The notes beneath the pieces were generated by a model, which ran no database searches, was not told the DNA's origin, and saw nothing but the letters and a program-made list of their open reading frames with translations. A DNA stretch of 64,000 nt from Macrostomum lignano (taxonomy: Eukaryota), in NCBI GenBank assembly GCA_002269645.1, contig NIVC01000305.1:248001-312000 (forward strand). The letters run 5' to 3'. Positions within the stretch are counted from its first letter, which is position 1. Every line of letters begins with the position of its first letter. This document shows, piece after piece, positions 12,117 to 25,051 of this stretch. The position numbers were made by a program, and so were the translations under genes.

Positions 12117-15100
12117 TTAGCCTTGGGGGTGCGCCCAGTCCCCGCCAGTAGTCGGCAGGTCCGCAGTGGAGGCATCGGCGACCCTCATCCGGCCGGAGTC
12201 CCGGACGAAGGCGCGGAGGTCTCGGATATTGTCCGCGGTGGTCAGCTCGTCCATCCGCTGGGGGTGGCCGAGGTATTTGTGCCGCGCCTTGTTGAAGTAA
12301 GGGCAGAAGGTGACGTGATGCTCCGCGGTCTCCTCTCCTATGCCACAGAAGGGACAGGTGGGAGGGCAACCGGTTTGCAACGATATATGTCTCTGGAAGA
12401 ATCCGTGGCCGGTTAGGACCATGCACATCTCCCTGAGGTCGGTTCTGTTAAGCGAAATCAGATAATCAGAGACTTTCCTGTTCAGGTTAGGCATGGCAGA
12501 GCGGCTCTGCCTGTACTCGGTGCAGCTGTTCCAGTGGAGCTGGTGCTGCTGATGGAGCCACCTGTTGATATGGCGGGTGACTTGCGACCTGGGGGTGGGT
12601 AGCCTCATCAGACGGTGGTTGCCGTCTGGGTTGCTGCCCTCCTTGGCGAGAGAGTCCGCGAGCTCGTTGCCCAGGATGTTGCTGTGACCAGGTGTCCAGA
12701 TAATTCTAATCCTGTTAAGGACTGAGAGAGATTGCACACTGCGGTGGCATTGAGATACTGTAGCAGCGGAGATATTCTCAGTGGTTAAGGCCTTAATAGC
12801 AGCTTGGCTATCAGTGTAGAAATTAATGTCAAAATTATTAATGTTCGCCTGAAACAGTTGCTGGGCACACTGCTCAATGGCGCAAATTTCAGCTTGGAAA
12901 ACTGAGGTGTTCTCACCGAGGTGCAGACTTTCCTGGAGAAGCATCTTACCCTCGTGGAAAATGGCAATACCCGCTCCAGCGCGGCCGTTGAACAGCGAGC
13001 CGTCGGTGAAGCAGTGAATGCCCTGGCTGCGCCGGTTCACACCGACATCCAGCGGAATGTTGTCTCGGCCAGGGATGGCGGTCTTGAAGCCCCTCCTGAT
13101 GTTGAGGGCGGGAGGTCGACTATCCACATTGCCCAGGTCCATGTGGATGTTGTTAAGGTCGCGGCGGACAAAGTCCATATGCGGGATTAATGTTTTCATT
13201 GGCATAAAGCCAGAGGGCGCGTTATTTAACGTTTTATCTCTGATAAGCCGGGAGGCAGACTTCATAGCCTCCGCCCTAATAAATAGGTGAAGCGGAGGTA
13301 GGTTAAGGATAGTGTTCAGCCCCTCGTAAGGGGTGGACGGGTACGCACCTGTGATGGCACGGCAAATGCTGCCCTGAAGCTGGTACAGCCGCTGACGGGC
13401 GGCCTTCTGCTCCAGCACGCTAGTCCAGATGAGACTCGCGTATGTGATACTGGGCCGGATGATGCCGGTATAAATCCAACGGACCGTTCTAGGCGAGAGG
13501 CCCCAAGTCGGCCCGATGGCTCTGCGCAGCTGGGCAAAGCAGCGTTTTGCCCGACCGATGACGTTATCAAGGTGCTTCGTCCAGCGCAGGTCATGCGTTA
13601 GCGTCACACCGAGGTATTTGACCTCCTTCTTGAAGGGGATGTTTCTGCCATAGACAGTGAGGTTTTTCATCTCCCACTTACGGCGCTTGGTGAAAACGAC
13701 AGCGACAGTCTTAGTGACGCTGATTTTTAGGCCATGCTGTGTAGCCCAGTCGGCCGCCTTGTCGGCGAATTGCTGCATCAGGTTGCGCAGAGTGGCGGGG
13801 TCGGGTCCGCTGACGACCGCGGCAACGTCATCGGCGTAGCCCGCCCTGGTGATACTGCTGGGAATGTCAGCGGTTAGAAGTTCGTCCATGACGAGATTCC
13901 AGAGAAGTGGAGTTAGCACGCCACCTTGCGGGCCGCCTTTCATCACCGCCCGGGTGAGGGTAACGCCCATAAGTGTGGATGTCACAAACCTTTTGCGGAT
14001 CATAAAATAAATCCAGCGAACAATGCTGTGTCTTACATTCCTGCGGGAAAGAGAATTTCTGAAGGAGCGGAAGAGGACATTGTCAAATGCTCCTTCGAAG
14101 TCAACGAACAACCCGCAAGCGAGTTGTTTGCTAAGGATGGCACTCTCAATTTTGGAGGTAATGGCGTGGAGAGCATGCTCAGTCGTCCTCCCAGGCTGGA
14201 AGGCGTACTGGTACTTACTGACAGGGTCGGAGCGCAGGTCGCACTCTCGAAGCCTCCACAGGATGAGCCTCTCCATCAGCTTAACACAAAAGGAAGTGAG
14301 GCTGATGGGCCGGAAGGATTTCACGTTGGTGTAGTCACCCTTAGCAGGTTTCGGGATGAACACGACTCTGGACATTCTCCAGATTGTGGGAATGTAACCT
14401 GTGGTATAACAGTCAACAAGCAATTTAGAGAAAGAATCAGCAAAGTTTTGCAGCTTTAGCGCCTCCTGCAGGATACAGGGGGCGATATTGTCAGGGCCAG
14501 ACGATTTATACGGTTTAAAAGAATTTGCTGCCAGCTGGAGTAGCTGGGGGTGGCGCACTGCTGGAAAAGCTTGTGATCACAAGGCCTGTGGTCATCGACC
14601 ACGTACTCCGGTTCGTCAACCTGCGGAAAGCAGGTGGAGAAAAGAAGATTTAGCGAACCTTCGGCACTGGTAGTGTAGTTACCATCCAGGTGCAGAAGGG
14701 AGTTACACTGAGCTAGCGTGTCGTGCCTGAGAGTCCTGACCAGCCGGGCTGTGGGGTGTTGCCCTTCCAGGCCGGCGCAGTAGGCTTTCCAGGTGGTCTT
14801 CTTAGCCCTTCGGATAGCACTTTTGTACATCCTCAGAGCAGAGTGGTAGTTCTCCCAATCCTCTGGGGTATTCGAGCCGTTTGCGAGGCGTTGCAGTCGG
14901 CGGGTGTTTTTCTTCATGCGAGTGAGCTCTTGACTCCACCAAGGAGAGTATTTCTTCCTGCAAAACAGCTTAGGGGCGTTAGCGCGTATGGCGGTGTTTA
15001 GGATCTCAACGAGGGAGTTGCACCGATGCTCAATGCCAGGGAGATCCTCGCTGGAGTCCGGTAAGTTGGCTTCGGTCAGGAGTTTTAGCAGGTCTCTTCG

Positions 15101-15933
15101 AAAACCTGTCCAGTCGGCCTTTTTCAAATTAAGGCGGTCCCGGTTCTCATGACGGGCTCCGACGGAGCTGATGCTGTACTGAATGTACGAGTGGTCGGAA
15201 AGCGATGGGAGGTCATCCCTAACCAGCCAGCTGTGGACCTGATTGAGGGCGTTGTTGGAGACGAGAGTGAGGTCGATAACCTCACGCCGATTAGAGACAA
15301 TAAATGTGGGTTTGCTGCCTCTGTTGCAAATTTGTAACGAGGAGGAGTTAATGAAATCAATTAGTAAGTCACCGCGCCTGTTAGTATCGCTACTAGACCA
15401 GGCAGTGTTGTGGGCGTTAGCATCGCAGCTAACGATAAGCTTCCGATCCTGGAGATTACAGAAGTCCGCCAGCTCCTGCAGGAGGGGGGGAGGGACGTCC
15501 TCCTGAATGTCCAGGTAAGCGGAAACGAAGGTCAAGTCAAAGACTGAGAAAGTACACATGTCTTTAGAGCAAAACATTGGCATAATAGTGGCCGGGAGGT
15601 CGTTTTTGACGAGGGCGATAGCTCTGGGGGTGTCGTTCGCGCAGAGGTACAGAACCTGATAGCCTGGCGGCAGGCAGGTCGGCTTCCCCTTGCGGGTATA
15701 CGGTTCCTGAATAAGGTAGATGTCAACTTCCTTGTTGGCAAAGGTGCCTGAAAGGTTGCTAGATGCTGCAAGGGCGTGGTGCAGGTTGATCTGAATAATG
15801 TGCAGGTTAACAGGTTGGTTCGCCGGCGGCGGATTATTTATTTGGTTGCTGGTGGCAGTGTCATCATTGGGCTGGCCGTTAAGGTTCGCCCTCAGCGCCC
15901 CGCTCCTAGTTTGGCACGGGGTTGGGAACGGCA

Positions 15934-15934
<1 letters not shown>
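12117..15934 (-). CDS. LINE ORF2: APE endonuclease, RT, RNase H and C-terminal CCHC; one frameshift near 14548
   Basis: [28 protein letters not shown] (APE); [29 protein letters not shown] (RT); FTDGS, FQAE, TDSQ (RNase H); CPFC..E..EHH..C. The frameshift lies in a C5 run. Confidence 0.9.
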
Positions 15935-17202
<1,268 letters not shown>

Positions 17203-17419
17203 TTAGCCAGCAGCCAACTACTTAGCAGCCACCTGCCCCGCAAAAAAGCAGCAGGGGGGATCCGTCCCCCACCAGCAGACCAAGACGAGGAAGCTAGCCG
17301 CTTCCACGCCAGGCCAGAACGAAAAGGAGGGGGAAGAGCCTCCTCGAAAAACGAAAAGCTGGCGGATGTCACAGAGTCCCTCGGTTTAAGTTGCCGTTTG
17401 CCCCCCATGGCCTCGGCTT

Positions 17420-18390
17420 CGTCGCCGGCGGGTGCAGCGCTGTCAGCGGCTTGCTGTCGGCTGCCGATGTTGCTGGCGGCGTAGCCTCGCCGTTGGACTC
17501 CTTCGGCTTCGTCGACGGTTCCCGTCGATTCCGGCGGGTCGGTTGCTTCCTGCTCGGTGGAGGGCTAGGGTGGCTGCTGTCGGGGACCTTCGGCGCCGTT
17601 GCGCCAGTTTTCGCGGCTGGCTGCTTACTTTGGTCCTCGTCTGCTGCCTCACGCTGGGCCTCCTCCATGCATTCGGCGTCGTCCTCGGGCCGTCTCGAGA
17701 GACCGTCGGCGTTCTGATGCTGACTTGATTTACGATGCTGGATCTCGAACTCGAATTCACTGAGGTGCTGTAGCCATCGTCCGAAGATTTCTTCTTGTTG
17801 AGTTCTTAAGATCCATGTTAATGCGGCATGGTCAGTTCGGCAGATGAACTTTTTTGCCAGCAGGTAGAATCGGAAGTGTCGCATCCCGTCCACAACTGCC
17901 AAGAGTTCTTGCTTTGTAATAGGATACCGGGCTTCGGCCGGTTTGAGTCGCCGGGAGAAATAGCCAATTGGTCGCTCAACTCCGTCAGCTTGGCGTTGGC
18001 TCAGGCAGGCTCCGATTCTGGTCGCAGAAGCATCCGTGTCCAGGATAAACATAACATTAGGATCCTCGCTGAACTGCGGATACGCGAGCACAGATGTCGA
18101 AGTCAAGGCTGCTTTAAGCTGATCGAACGCGTCTTGCTGGGCTTTTCCCCATAGACAATTGAAATTTCGGATCTTCTTCTCCTTGATCAGATCGTGGAGC
18201 GGAGCAGCAAGTTCTGCAAAGCCAGGTACGAATTTTGAATAATAAGCGCACGTGCAGACAAAACTTTTAAGTTGTCGCGCTGTTTTTGGTCTTGGCCAGG
18301 TCTGAATAGCCTCGATCTTCGCCGGATCAGTTTTGATTCCATCTTTTGTTACAACATGGCCCAGGTAGTTTAAGCTTGCCCGAAATAAAT
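17420..18390 (-). pseudogene. Gypsy RT C-terminus and RNase H, element B
   Basis: YLGHVV..GI..DP.KIEAI..WPRP, LDTDAS, IGYFSR, YPITKQELLA, TDHAAL, NADGLSR. Continues left of the LINE at 11536-12013 as the pre-integrase linker. Confidence 0.9.
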
Positions 18391-19977
18391 TCCGGTGTAA
18401 AATTCGATGTCGAATCTGGATCGAATCGAACAAGAAATGGCACTCAGAAATTTTCTTAATTAGACGATCGAATATTCTGTCTAATTTCGACCAGTAAATT
18501 TTATTCAATACTCATACTCATATTTATGTATTACTCATAGTAGTAGTGATAGTAAGTAATAAAGCAAAAACTTTTTAATGGGAATCAGTATAGTGTTATT
18601 AGCAGAGCTCGCAGGCAATATATTTGTATTGTATTGTATTTGCTACATTTGAATCCTGTACAGTGTGTACACACGTTGAAACGGGTAAGTAAACATCGGG
18701 TTTGTTTTGTTAAAAAAACTTAATTAACTGTCAAGGTCGTAGTACATTTATAAATGAAGTGAACTTCAGTTGCGCTTTACACCTAATCAGATAACGAAGG
18801 AAAACTGAAATAATAACAATGTATCCTCAGTGTGGAAAGTAATAACACAACAAATCAAGTCACGGTTTATGTAACAGTATATCTACAATATTTTACAGTA
18901 TTTATTGAGCAGCGTACTACAGAAAATAATGATACTTGTACATTGTAATTACACTCAGCAACATTAAAAAGGCGCCATAACAGAAGATTCCGTCTGTGAT
19001 CACCACTTTTGAGAGTGCAGGTAAAGTCTCTCGCTCTTTACGAGTGACGCAACTCAGCTACGCCGCAGCAGACTTAAGTTAAGAAATGAAGTGGGGGGAG
19101 CGGTGTGCGAGGGTTGGACGGATTAAAGGTTAAAGCTACCCCAATCAGTTAACTGCTAGTGAGCTAGCAGTAGAGTGGCGACTTCTCGATATTTCTGAGA
19201 ATATATAAAATTAATAGTACACTGTAAATTTACACTGTATAGTACACTGTAAAATTACACTTTACAGTCCTAATAACTACATTGTACTATTATAATTACT
19301 TCTGTAAAGTGTAATTTTACTGAATTACACAAATATAAAAATTGAAAATTGTCCGATGATTAAAGTGTACTACAAAAGAAGCATGATGGAATAAAAATGA
19401 TCTAATCCTGATCCATAAATGTAGGTGTACTGTCTAGGCAGGCTGCTACGGAAGATCGCTTTCGCTGGGATTTCCGAATCCCAGTCCGGACAGGAGCGTC
19501 GGACAAGTAGTTTGCTATCCGCTGCTCAATGTCCATGGCCGGATACTGTCCATCTGGTATGATGGCTTCTGGTATAAAGAAAAATATATATATGCAGGAC
19601 TTTTCAGGGGCCGATCAGGGACTACTCAATTCTCGGGACGGGAAACGGCCAAATCATGCAGAAAAAAGATGGAGGCCGATTTTCTCTGTTCTCTGCTGAT
19701 TTTATGTTTTATCGCAAGAGCTTCAGCTTTTCACTATGTACACAAAATTTATCCCTCTTCAAGTTCCTGTAGCCTGTTTCTACTCAAATAATTTCGGATA
19801 AATGCTAGGAGACATTTTATACAGTACCCCTTTAATACACAAACTTTAATGCAAAACGCACATGAACCAGAACAAACAAAGTAAGCATAACAAAGTATCC
19901 CAATAGTAGTAAGCAAATATAAGCAATGCGACAAATCGAATTCGTAATCCAGTAGTCTCAGTCGGTATCAATCGCGC

Positions 19978-20826
19978 TTATAAACGAGACGAACTGCGTA
20001 GCTTTGTGATTTTACGATCACCCTCGTCTGGTGTTTGTTCTGCAGTTTTGCAGTTTCGCACAAGTCCTTTGAAAAAGCAGTTTGATAGGCGACGATTCAC
20101 CGAAGTGGTATGAATGTCCTTGTCTGGAAAGAAATATTCGGCGATAGCATTGAATATCTGTTGCACACGGGTTGCACAGCTTGGTGAATATGATGTGAAG
20201 CTAGCATAACAAAGGCGTGAGAATTGGAAAAGCCATTCTGGTGGATGCGCTAGCTTTCCACGGGAAACCAGCTCCGTAAATTCGCAAGGTTCATTTCGTG
20301 CTGCTTCTGCGTCAGCGGGAATTCCTTCCTTTGCTGCAACGTAGCCTAGGTAGTTAAAACCAAAAAGATAAATGAAAGTAGATATATATATACGAATATT
20401 ATTATACTCGTGCAAGAATACAAAATTGCTTGAAGAAGCAATGAAACTTACCTGAAATGTAATATAGGGCAGCATTCTCATGCGATGTCAAATTCTCCGC
20501 AAAAATGCAGCAACTGTCGACTGTCCCTAATTCCTCATCTGATAGTTGACTGTCGCTGCAGTGGCTCTGTTGGTGACTGAAGTCGGACAATTCAAGCGAT
20601 GTAAAGAGCTTCATTCGTCTCAGTCGGGCGCTAAGAAAAACTTGTTCGACTGAAATAAAATAGTTGCCTCCACTCATTTGGCGATAGACTCCGAATTCAC
20701 CTTCTAAAGGATCAGTGTTGAATTCAGATAGCAGAACATACTGCATAGCACCGGTTTCCAGCAGTTGGTGACACATTTCTACCACACCGAATAATGCGTT
20801 AATTGCGTTAAAGTAGAAATGTGTCA
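19978..20826 (-). pseudogene. P-element/THAP9-like transposase, 3' fragment with an intron at 20346-20451
   Basis: YVLLSEFNTDPLEGEFGVYRQMSGG resembles the P-type ..SQD.LE..FG..RQ..G motif. GTAAG...TAG splicing restores LYYISG|YVAAK; C-terminal SRGKL.HP motif. Confidence 0.75.
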
Positions 20827-21044
20827 CACTGCTGCGCCTCAGAGGGCGAAGCTGCCTCGACGGCCTTGGGCGAGGCGGTGTTGGCTGTGGCCTTTTCGGA
20901 ACTCTGCGAATGTTGGATTTTGTGTTGTAAAGTTTAGTACTTTTCCAGTATTTGCAAAACCTACTCCAACAGTTGGTGACGTTTAAGTACATTTCTAAAC
21001 ATAATACATAAGCATAGTAAATTCTTATGTATTTAAAATCTATA

Positions 21045-22250
21045 TTAGGTTCCTACCTCGCCGGCGCTCTCCGACGCCTCAACTGAGCTCCCCGTGGCCG
21101 TGGCAGCTGCTGCGGCGGCGGCGGTGTCCGCGCCGGCAACCCGTTTGGTCGCCGTCTTCACCGCCCGCCTCCGACCAACGCGCCTGCACTGCTGCGCCTC
21201 AGAGGGCGAAGCTGCCTCGACGGCCTTGGGCGAGGCGTTGTTGGCTGTGGCCTTTTCGGAACTCTGCGAAGCCGCGGCGGCGGCGGCGTCGGTGCGCCCG
21301 TCAGTGCGCCCGTCTCGCGCCTCGGAGGGCGAAGCGGCCTTCAGCGCGAAGGGCGAAGCGGCCTCCAGCGAGGCGGAGGAGACCGAAGCCGATTCGGAAC
21401 TCTGCGAAGGCGCTGCCGCCCTTTCCGAATGCTTGGGCTTCGTGCTGGCCGACGATTCAGCTTGAAACTGGGCGACAGCTGGGGCGCTGCGGCGCTGCTG
21501 ATCGGATTTCACAGCCTGCACTAGCCGCCTTTGCACGGATGCCGGATCCAACTCGCGGTCGAAGAGCATTTCAGTATAAATCTTTGAATGCTCATTCAAT
21601 TCAACTACGCCATTGAACTGAAGGCGCTGTAGGCCGTAGGGTTCAACACGCGAGGCCGCAGTTGCATACCTCAGAATGGCTGACTCCACGCCCTCCAGCG
21701 CATTCTGCTCAACGGCGAAGTTGAACAGGATCGCGAGAAGGTCGTACTGGTCCATGGAGTTTACGGCGCCAGCAAGTAGCGCCAGCCTGTTGCGCCCTTC
21801 GTCCGACTCGTCGTAGTGGCGCAGCAGCGCACGCCGCACATCCTCGCCCTCATCGGCCCTCGCCGACAATAGCGTCAACACAAGCCAATCAGAAGGCAGC
21901 GCGTGTTGCCTGAAGGCCGCAGCGTCCAGCTTCGGCTTGTCAAGCCCGTCCAGAATCCGGTGTACACTAACCAGTGGCGTCATGGACTTGGACGAACCTG
22001 AGCTGGACGGCGTTGCAGCAGCTGCGACTGCGGGTGCGGCTGCGGCAGCGGCGGATGACGGCCCGGCAGCAGAGTCTTCGCTGGCGCGCGGACTTTTACG
22101 AGGTGTTCGAAAGTGAACCGTTCGTGGCAACTCGTCGGACAACACCGACTCCGATGTCGTCGAAGGCGAACGCTGCGAACGTTTTCGTCCATCAGTGCAA
22201 GGCAGGGCCGGCATTAGCGGCTTCTTCCGCTCGGGATTGGCCCGCGCCCA
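21045..22250 (-). CDS. Unknown protein (Ala/Ser-rich flanks around a ~150-aa helical core), 5'-truncated at the LTR junction
   Basis: 389-aa ORF whose frame stays open up to the LTR junction. GC-rich coding-like composition; no recognised domain. Confidence 0.5.
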   Translation of the reverse strand, partial: WARANPERKKPLMPALPCTDGRKRSQRSPSTTSESVLSDELPRTVHFRTPRKSPRASEDSAAGPSSAAAAAAPAVAAAATPSSSGSSKSMTPLVSVHRILDGLDKPKLDAAAFRQHALPSDWLVLTLLSARADEGEDVRRALLRHYDESDEGRNRLALLAGAVNSMDQYDLLAILFNFAVEQNALEGVESAILRYATAASRVEPYGLQRLQFNGVVELNEHSKIYTEMLFDRELDPASVQRRLVQAVKSDQQRRSAPAVAQFQAESSASTKPKHSERAAAPSQSSESASVSSASLEAASPFALKAASPSEARDGRTDGRTDAAAAAASQSSEKATANNASPKAVEAASPSEAQQCRRVGRRRAVKTATKRVAGADTAAAAAAATATGSSVEASESAGEVGT

Positions 22251-22252
22251 GT

Positions 22253-22852
22253 GGAATATAATTTGGATATGAAGTCAAGTGGCAGGCGAATGACACAATG
22301 GCGACGTGACGTGAGCAGTGGCTATGAGCACAGTGAAGGCAGTGAAACGTAGTGGCGAGTTGGCGTCGGTCGTGGCGTGAAACAGTCAAGTAAGTGTGTG
22401 AGCAGGCTGGCCCAGACAGAAGGGCCGTGGCGAGAAATAAGGAGGCTCGAGGCAGCCAGACAAACAGATAAGACAGCTAAGAGGCCGCAGGGAAGGAAAC
22501 AAGGAACAAGCGGAGAGAGAGGAGAGGGAGGAGAGAGGAGTGCCCGCCGCCAGGCGGGGGGTTTAATAAAAGAGCGCAGAGGGGGGTAGCGCGAAGCACG
22601 AGTGATTTCATTGGCTGGCGAGAGAACTTAAAATTATCGATCGTGCCAATTTTATACGGTTGCGAGAGAGGATAGCAAAATATACAATGAATTATAAATT
22701 GCGACAAAATCGTTGGGCACTACTACAAGTAAACGTCGCAATAAACGAATGGAAAAGTTTAGTTGAAACGGTGAAACTGAAGGGTTGAATGACTATGGAG
22801 AACAGCAGTCCAACGGCCCTTTTCGGGACCACCTTAAACTGACAACGTCACA
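22253..22852 (-). repeat. 3' LTR of element A (distal ~230 bp missing)
   Basis: Matches 31806-32404 almost base for base. Minus-strand PPT ggaagggaggcggg immediately precedes TGTGACG at 22853-22866. Confidence 0.9.
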
Positions 22853-23329
22853 CCCGCCTCCCTTCCGAAAAAGGATAGGGTCGCGCAAAAAGAAAACCAA
22901 CACGCGGGGTGACGGCAAGAAAAACACAACGTGACCGCAGTTTATGAAATTATAGCAGAGTGAATTACAGTGGGGCTGAGTCAGTTTGTATGAGCATATG
23001 ATTACCGGACAAAATTACAAAGTTCCAAAGGCTACAGACTATTACGAGAGCAGAACATTACAGGGCAGTAGAACACGGTGAGCACGAGCAATACAACATG
23101 GTGGTGTTACAAAAACATTACAAAATACAACAATGGTTACGGAAAGTAGTGCACGACGGAGCGCGCGGCGCGCGCGAACACAAAAACGACAAAGGACGCG
23201 CAGAAGTGATACGATGGATGAGGCAAACACAGAACAAGGATGACAAGGTGGATGAGGCAAAGGATGCAGAGCAGAGGCACGGAACAGAGGCACAGTCCGG
23301 ACAACTGCGGGCAAACGACGACAAGCGTC

Positions 23330-23910
23330 AAGGGCGGCGGGACACGGCGCGGCGCGCCAAACAGGCGGGAGGGGGAAACCGGCGAGGGAGCGCCCAAGGC
23401 GGAGACAGGACGGCGCGGAGCGCCAAGGCAGAAAACGGCGCAGCGCGCCAGGCGGAGAAAGGCGCAGCGCGCCAAGGCAGGAGACGGCGCAACGCGCCAG
23501 GCGGAGAACGGCGCAAGAGCGCCAAGGCAGGAGACGGCGCAACGCGCCAGGCGGAGAACGGCGCAAGAGCGCCAAGGCAGGAGACGGCGCAGCGCGCCAA
23601 GCAAAGGAACGGCGCCACGCGCCAAGGCAGGAAACGGCGACAGGGCGCCACGGCAGGGAACGGCGCCACGCGCCAAGGCAGAGAACGGCGCCACGCGCCA
23701 AGGCAGGAAACGGCGACAGGGCGCCACGGCAGGGAACGGCGCCACGCGCCAAACAGAGAACGGCGCCACACGCCAGGCAGAGGATGGCGCCACGCGCCAG
23801 AGGCAGAGGATGGCGCTACGCGCCAAGGCAGAGGATGGCGCTACGCGCCAAAGGCAGAGGACGGCGCAGCGCGCCAGGCGGAGGACGGCGCTACGCGCCA
23901 AAGGCAGAGA
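23330..23910. repeat. GC-rich degenerate tandem repeat (~25-30-bp units) in the 3' region of element A
   Basis: Repeated ggcgcagcgcgccaaggcag(a/g) motifs, followed by (GT)n at ~23927-23944. Confidence 0.85.
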
Positions 23911-25051
23911 GAGCGTGCGTGCGGTGCGGTGTGTGTGTGTGTGTAGTGCTTACTTTACCCCACAAATATTATCTATTAGCCTTATTATGAAATTTGCGAA
24001 ATATGAATAAAATCTGCAAATAATTTTTGACGAAGGTGACGCTGCTGCACTCGTCAATGGGCTGAGCAGCGAACTAAGCTTGCTATATTCCTATATACAT
24101 TTTTTCGAGTTTTCAATGGTTGCTTTTTCAGTTTTTATTTTCCTTTTTGAGTTATTTATGCGTTTCACTAGTCGCCAGTAGTTATGCTTTAATTACTAAC
24201 CGTATATTGCACATTATATGGTTTCGGGGTATTACTATTAGCGTCAGAGATGACGCACTTATTCATTTCATCGACTTTGGTAATACCGAACGGATGCTAT
24301 AGGATTATTCTAAGCTATTAATTATTTTAATTATTTTTGCCATTGCTATAATGTTTATACGTGCCCTAGTGTATTTTATCGATTATGGCAACGCCGATGC
24401 AGGCAGAGGACGTCTACAGAATATTTTGACAACTATTATATTTATAATATTCATCTCGTAATCATTTTTCGACCAATATATGCATTATTTTATGCCATAT
24501 TTATGCATTAATTTTTTAGTTTACTTTTGAATATTTGAGCTAAGGCTAATGTCTTATCTACTATTTGTTTCTAGCGCCGTAGTGTATTCTATAGACTACG
24601 GCAACGCCGACCAGGTGCAGTCGGAGTTGGGTGCTGCGATATTATATATATTCTTGCGTTAGAACAATATAGTATTTATACTGTCGGCATATTATGCTAA
24701 TTCTGCTAGTGTTTTATTTTTATTTTTTTTATTTTAGTTAGCTATATAAATTATCAAATTGCAATGTCGCTGCAGTTTATCCCCTTGGCTACGGTGGTTG
24801 GTTGTTGGCTGGTACAGCTGTGGAAGCTGTGCACACTAGTATCTGGCAGTGAGTAACAGCTGTGGCTTGTGTTTTGTGGCTTGCGGCTGGCAGATGCCGC
24901 AGGGACCTGTGACCAACAGGTGCCACAGGAGGTAGTTTAACGCCTTGCCCGGGGCGTGAGCTTGCGGTCTACAGGTGCCGCAGAGACCTGTGGCTGACAG
25001 GTGCCACAGGAGGTAGTTTTACGCCTTGCCCGGGGCGTGAAAAACTGGCGG

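Noticed and set aside
14540-14556. Programmed frameshift in LINE ORF2 (likewise CACTA 37367)
   Set aside because: Each is a single-base loss in a short homopolymer within a conserved domain; a mutation or long-read assembly error is more likely.
23042-24010. Overlapping 150-280-aa ORFs on both strands
   Set aside because: They arise from a stop-free GC-rich tandem repeat.
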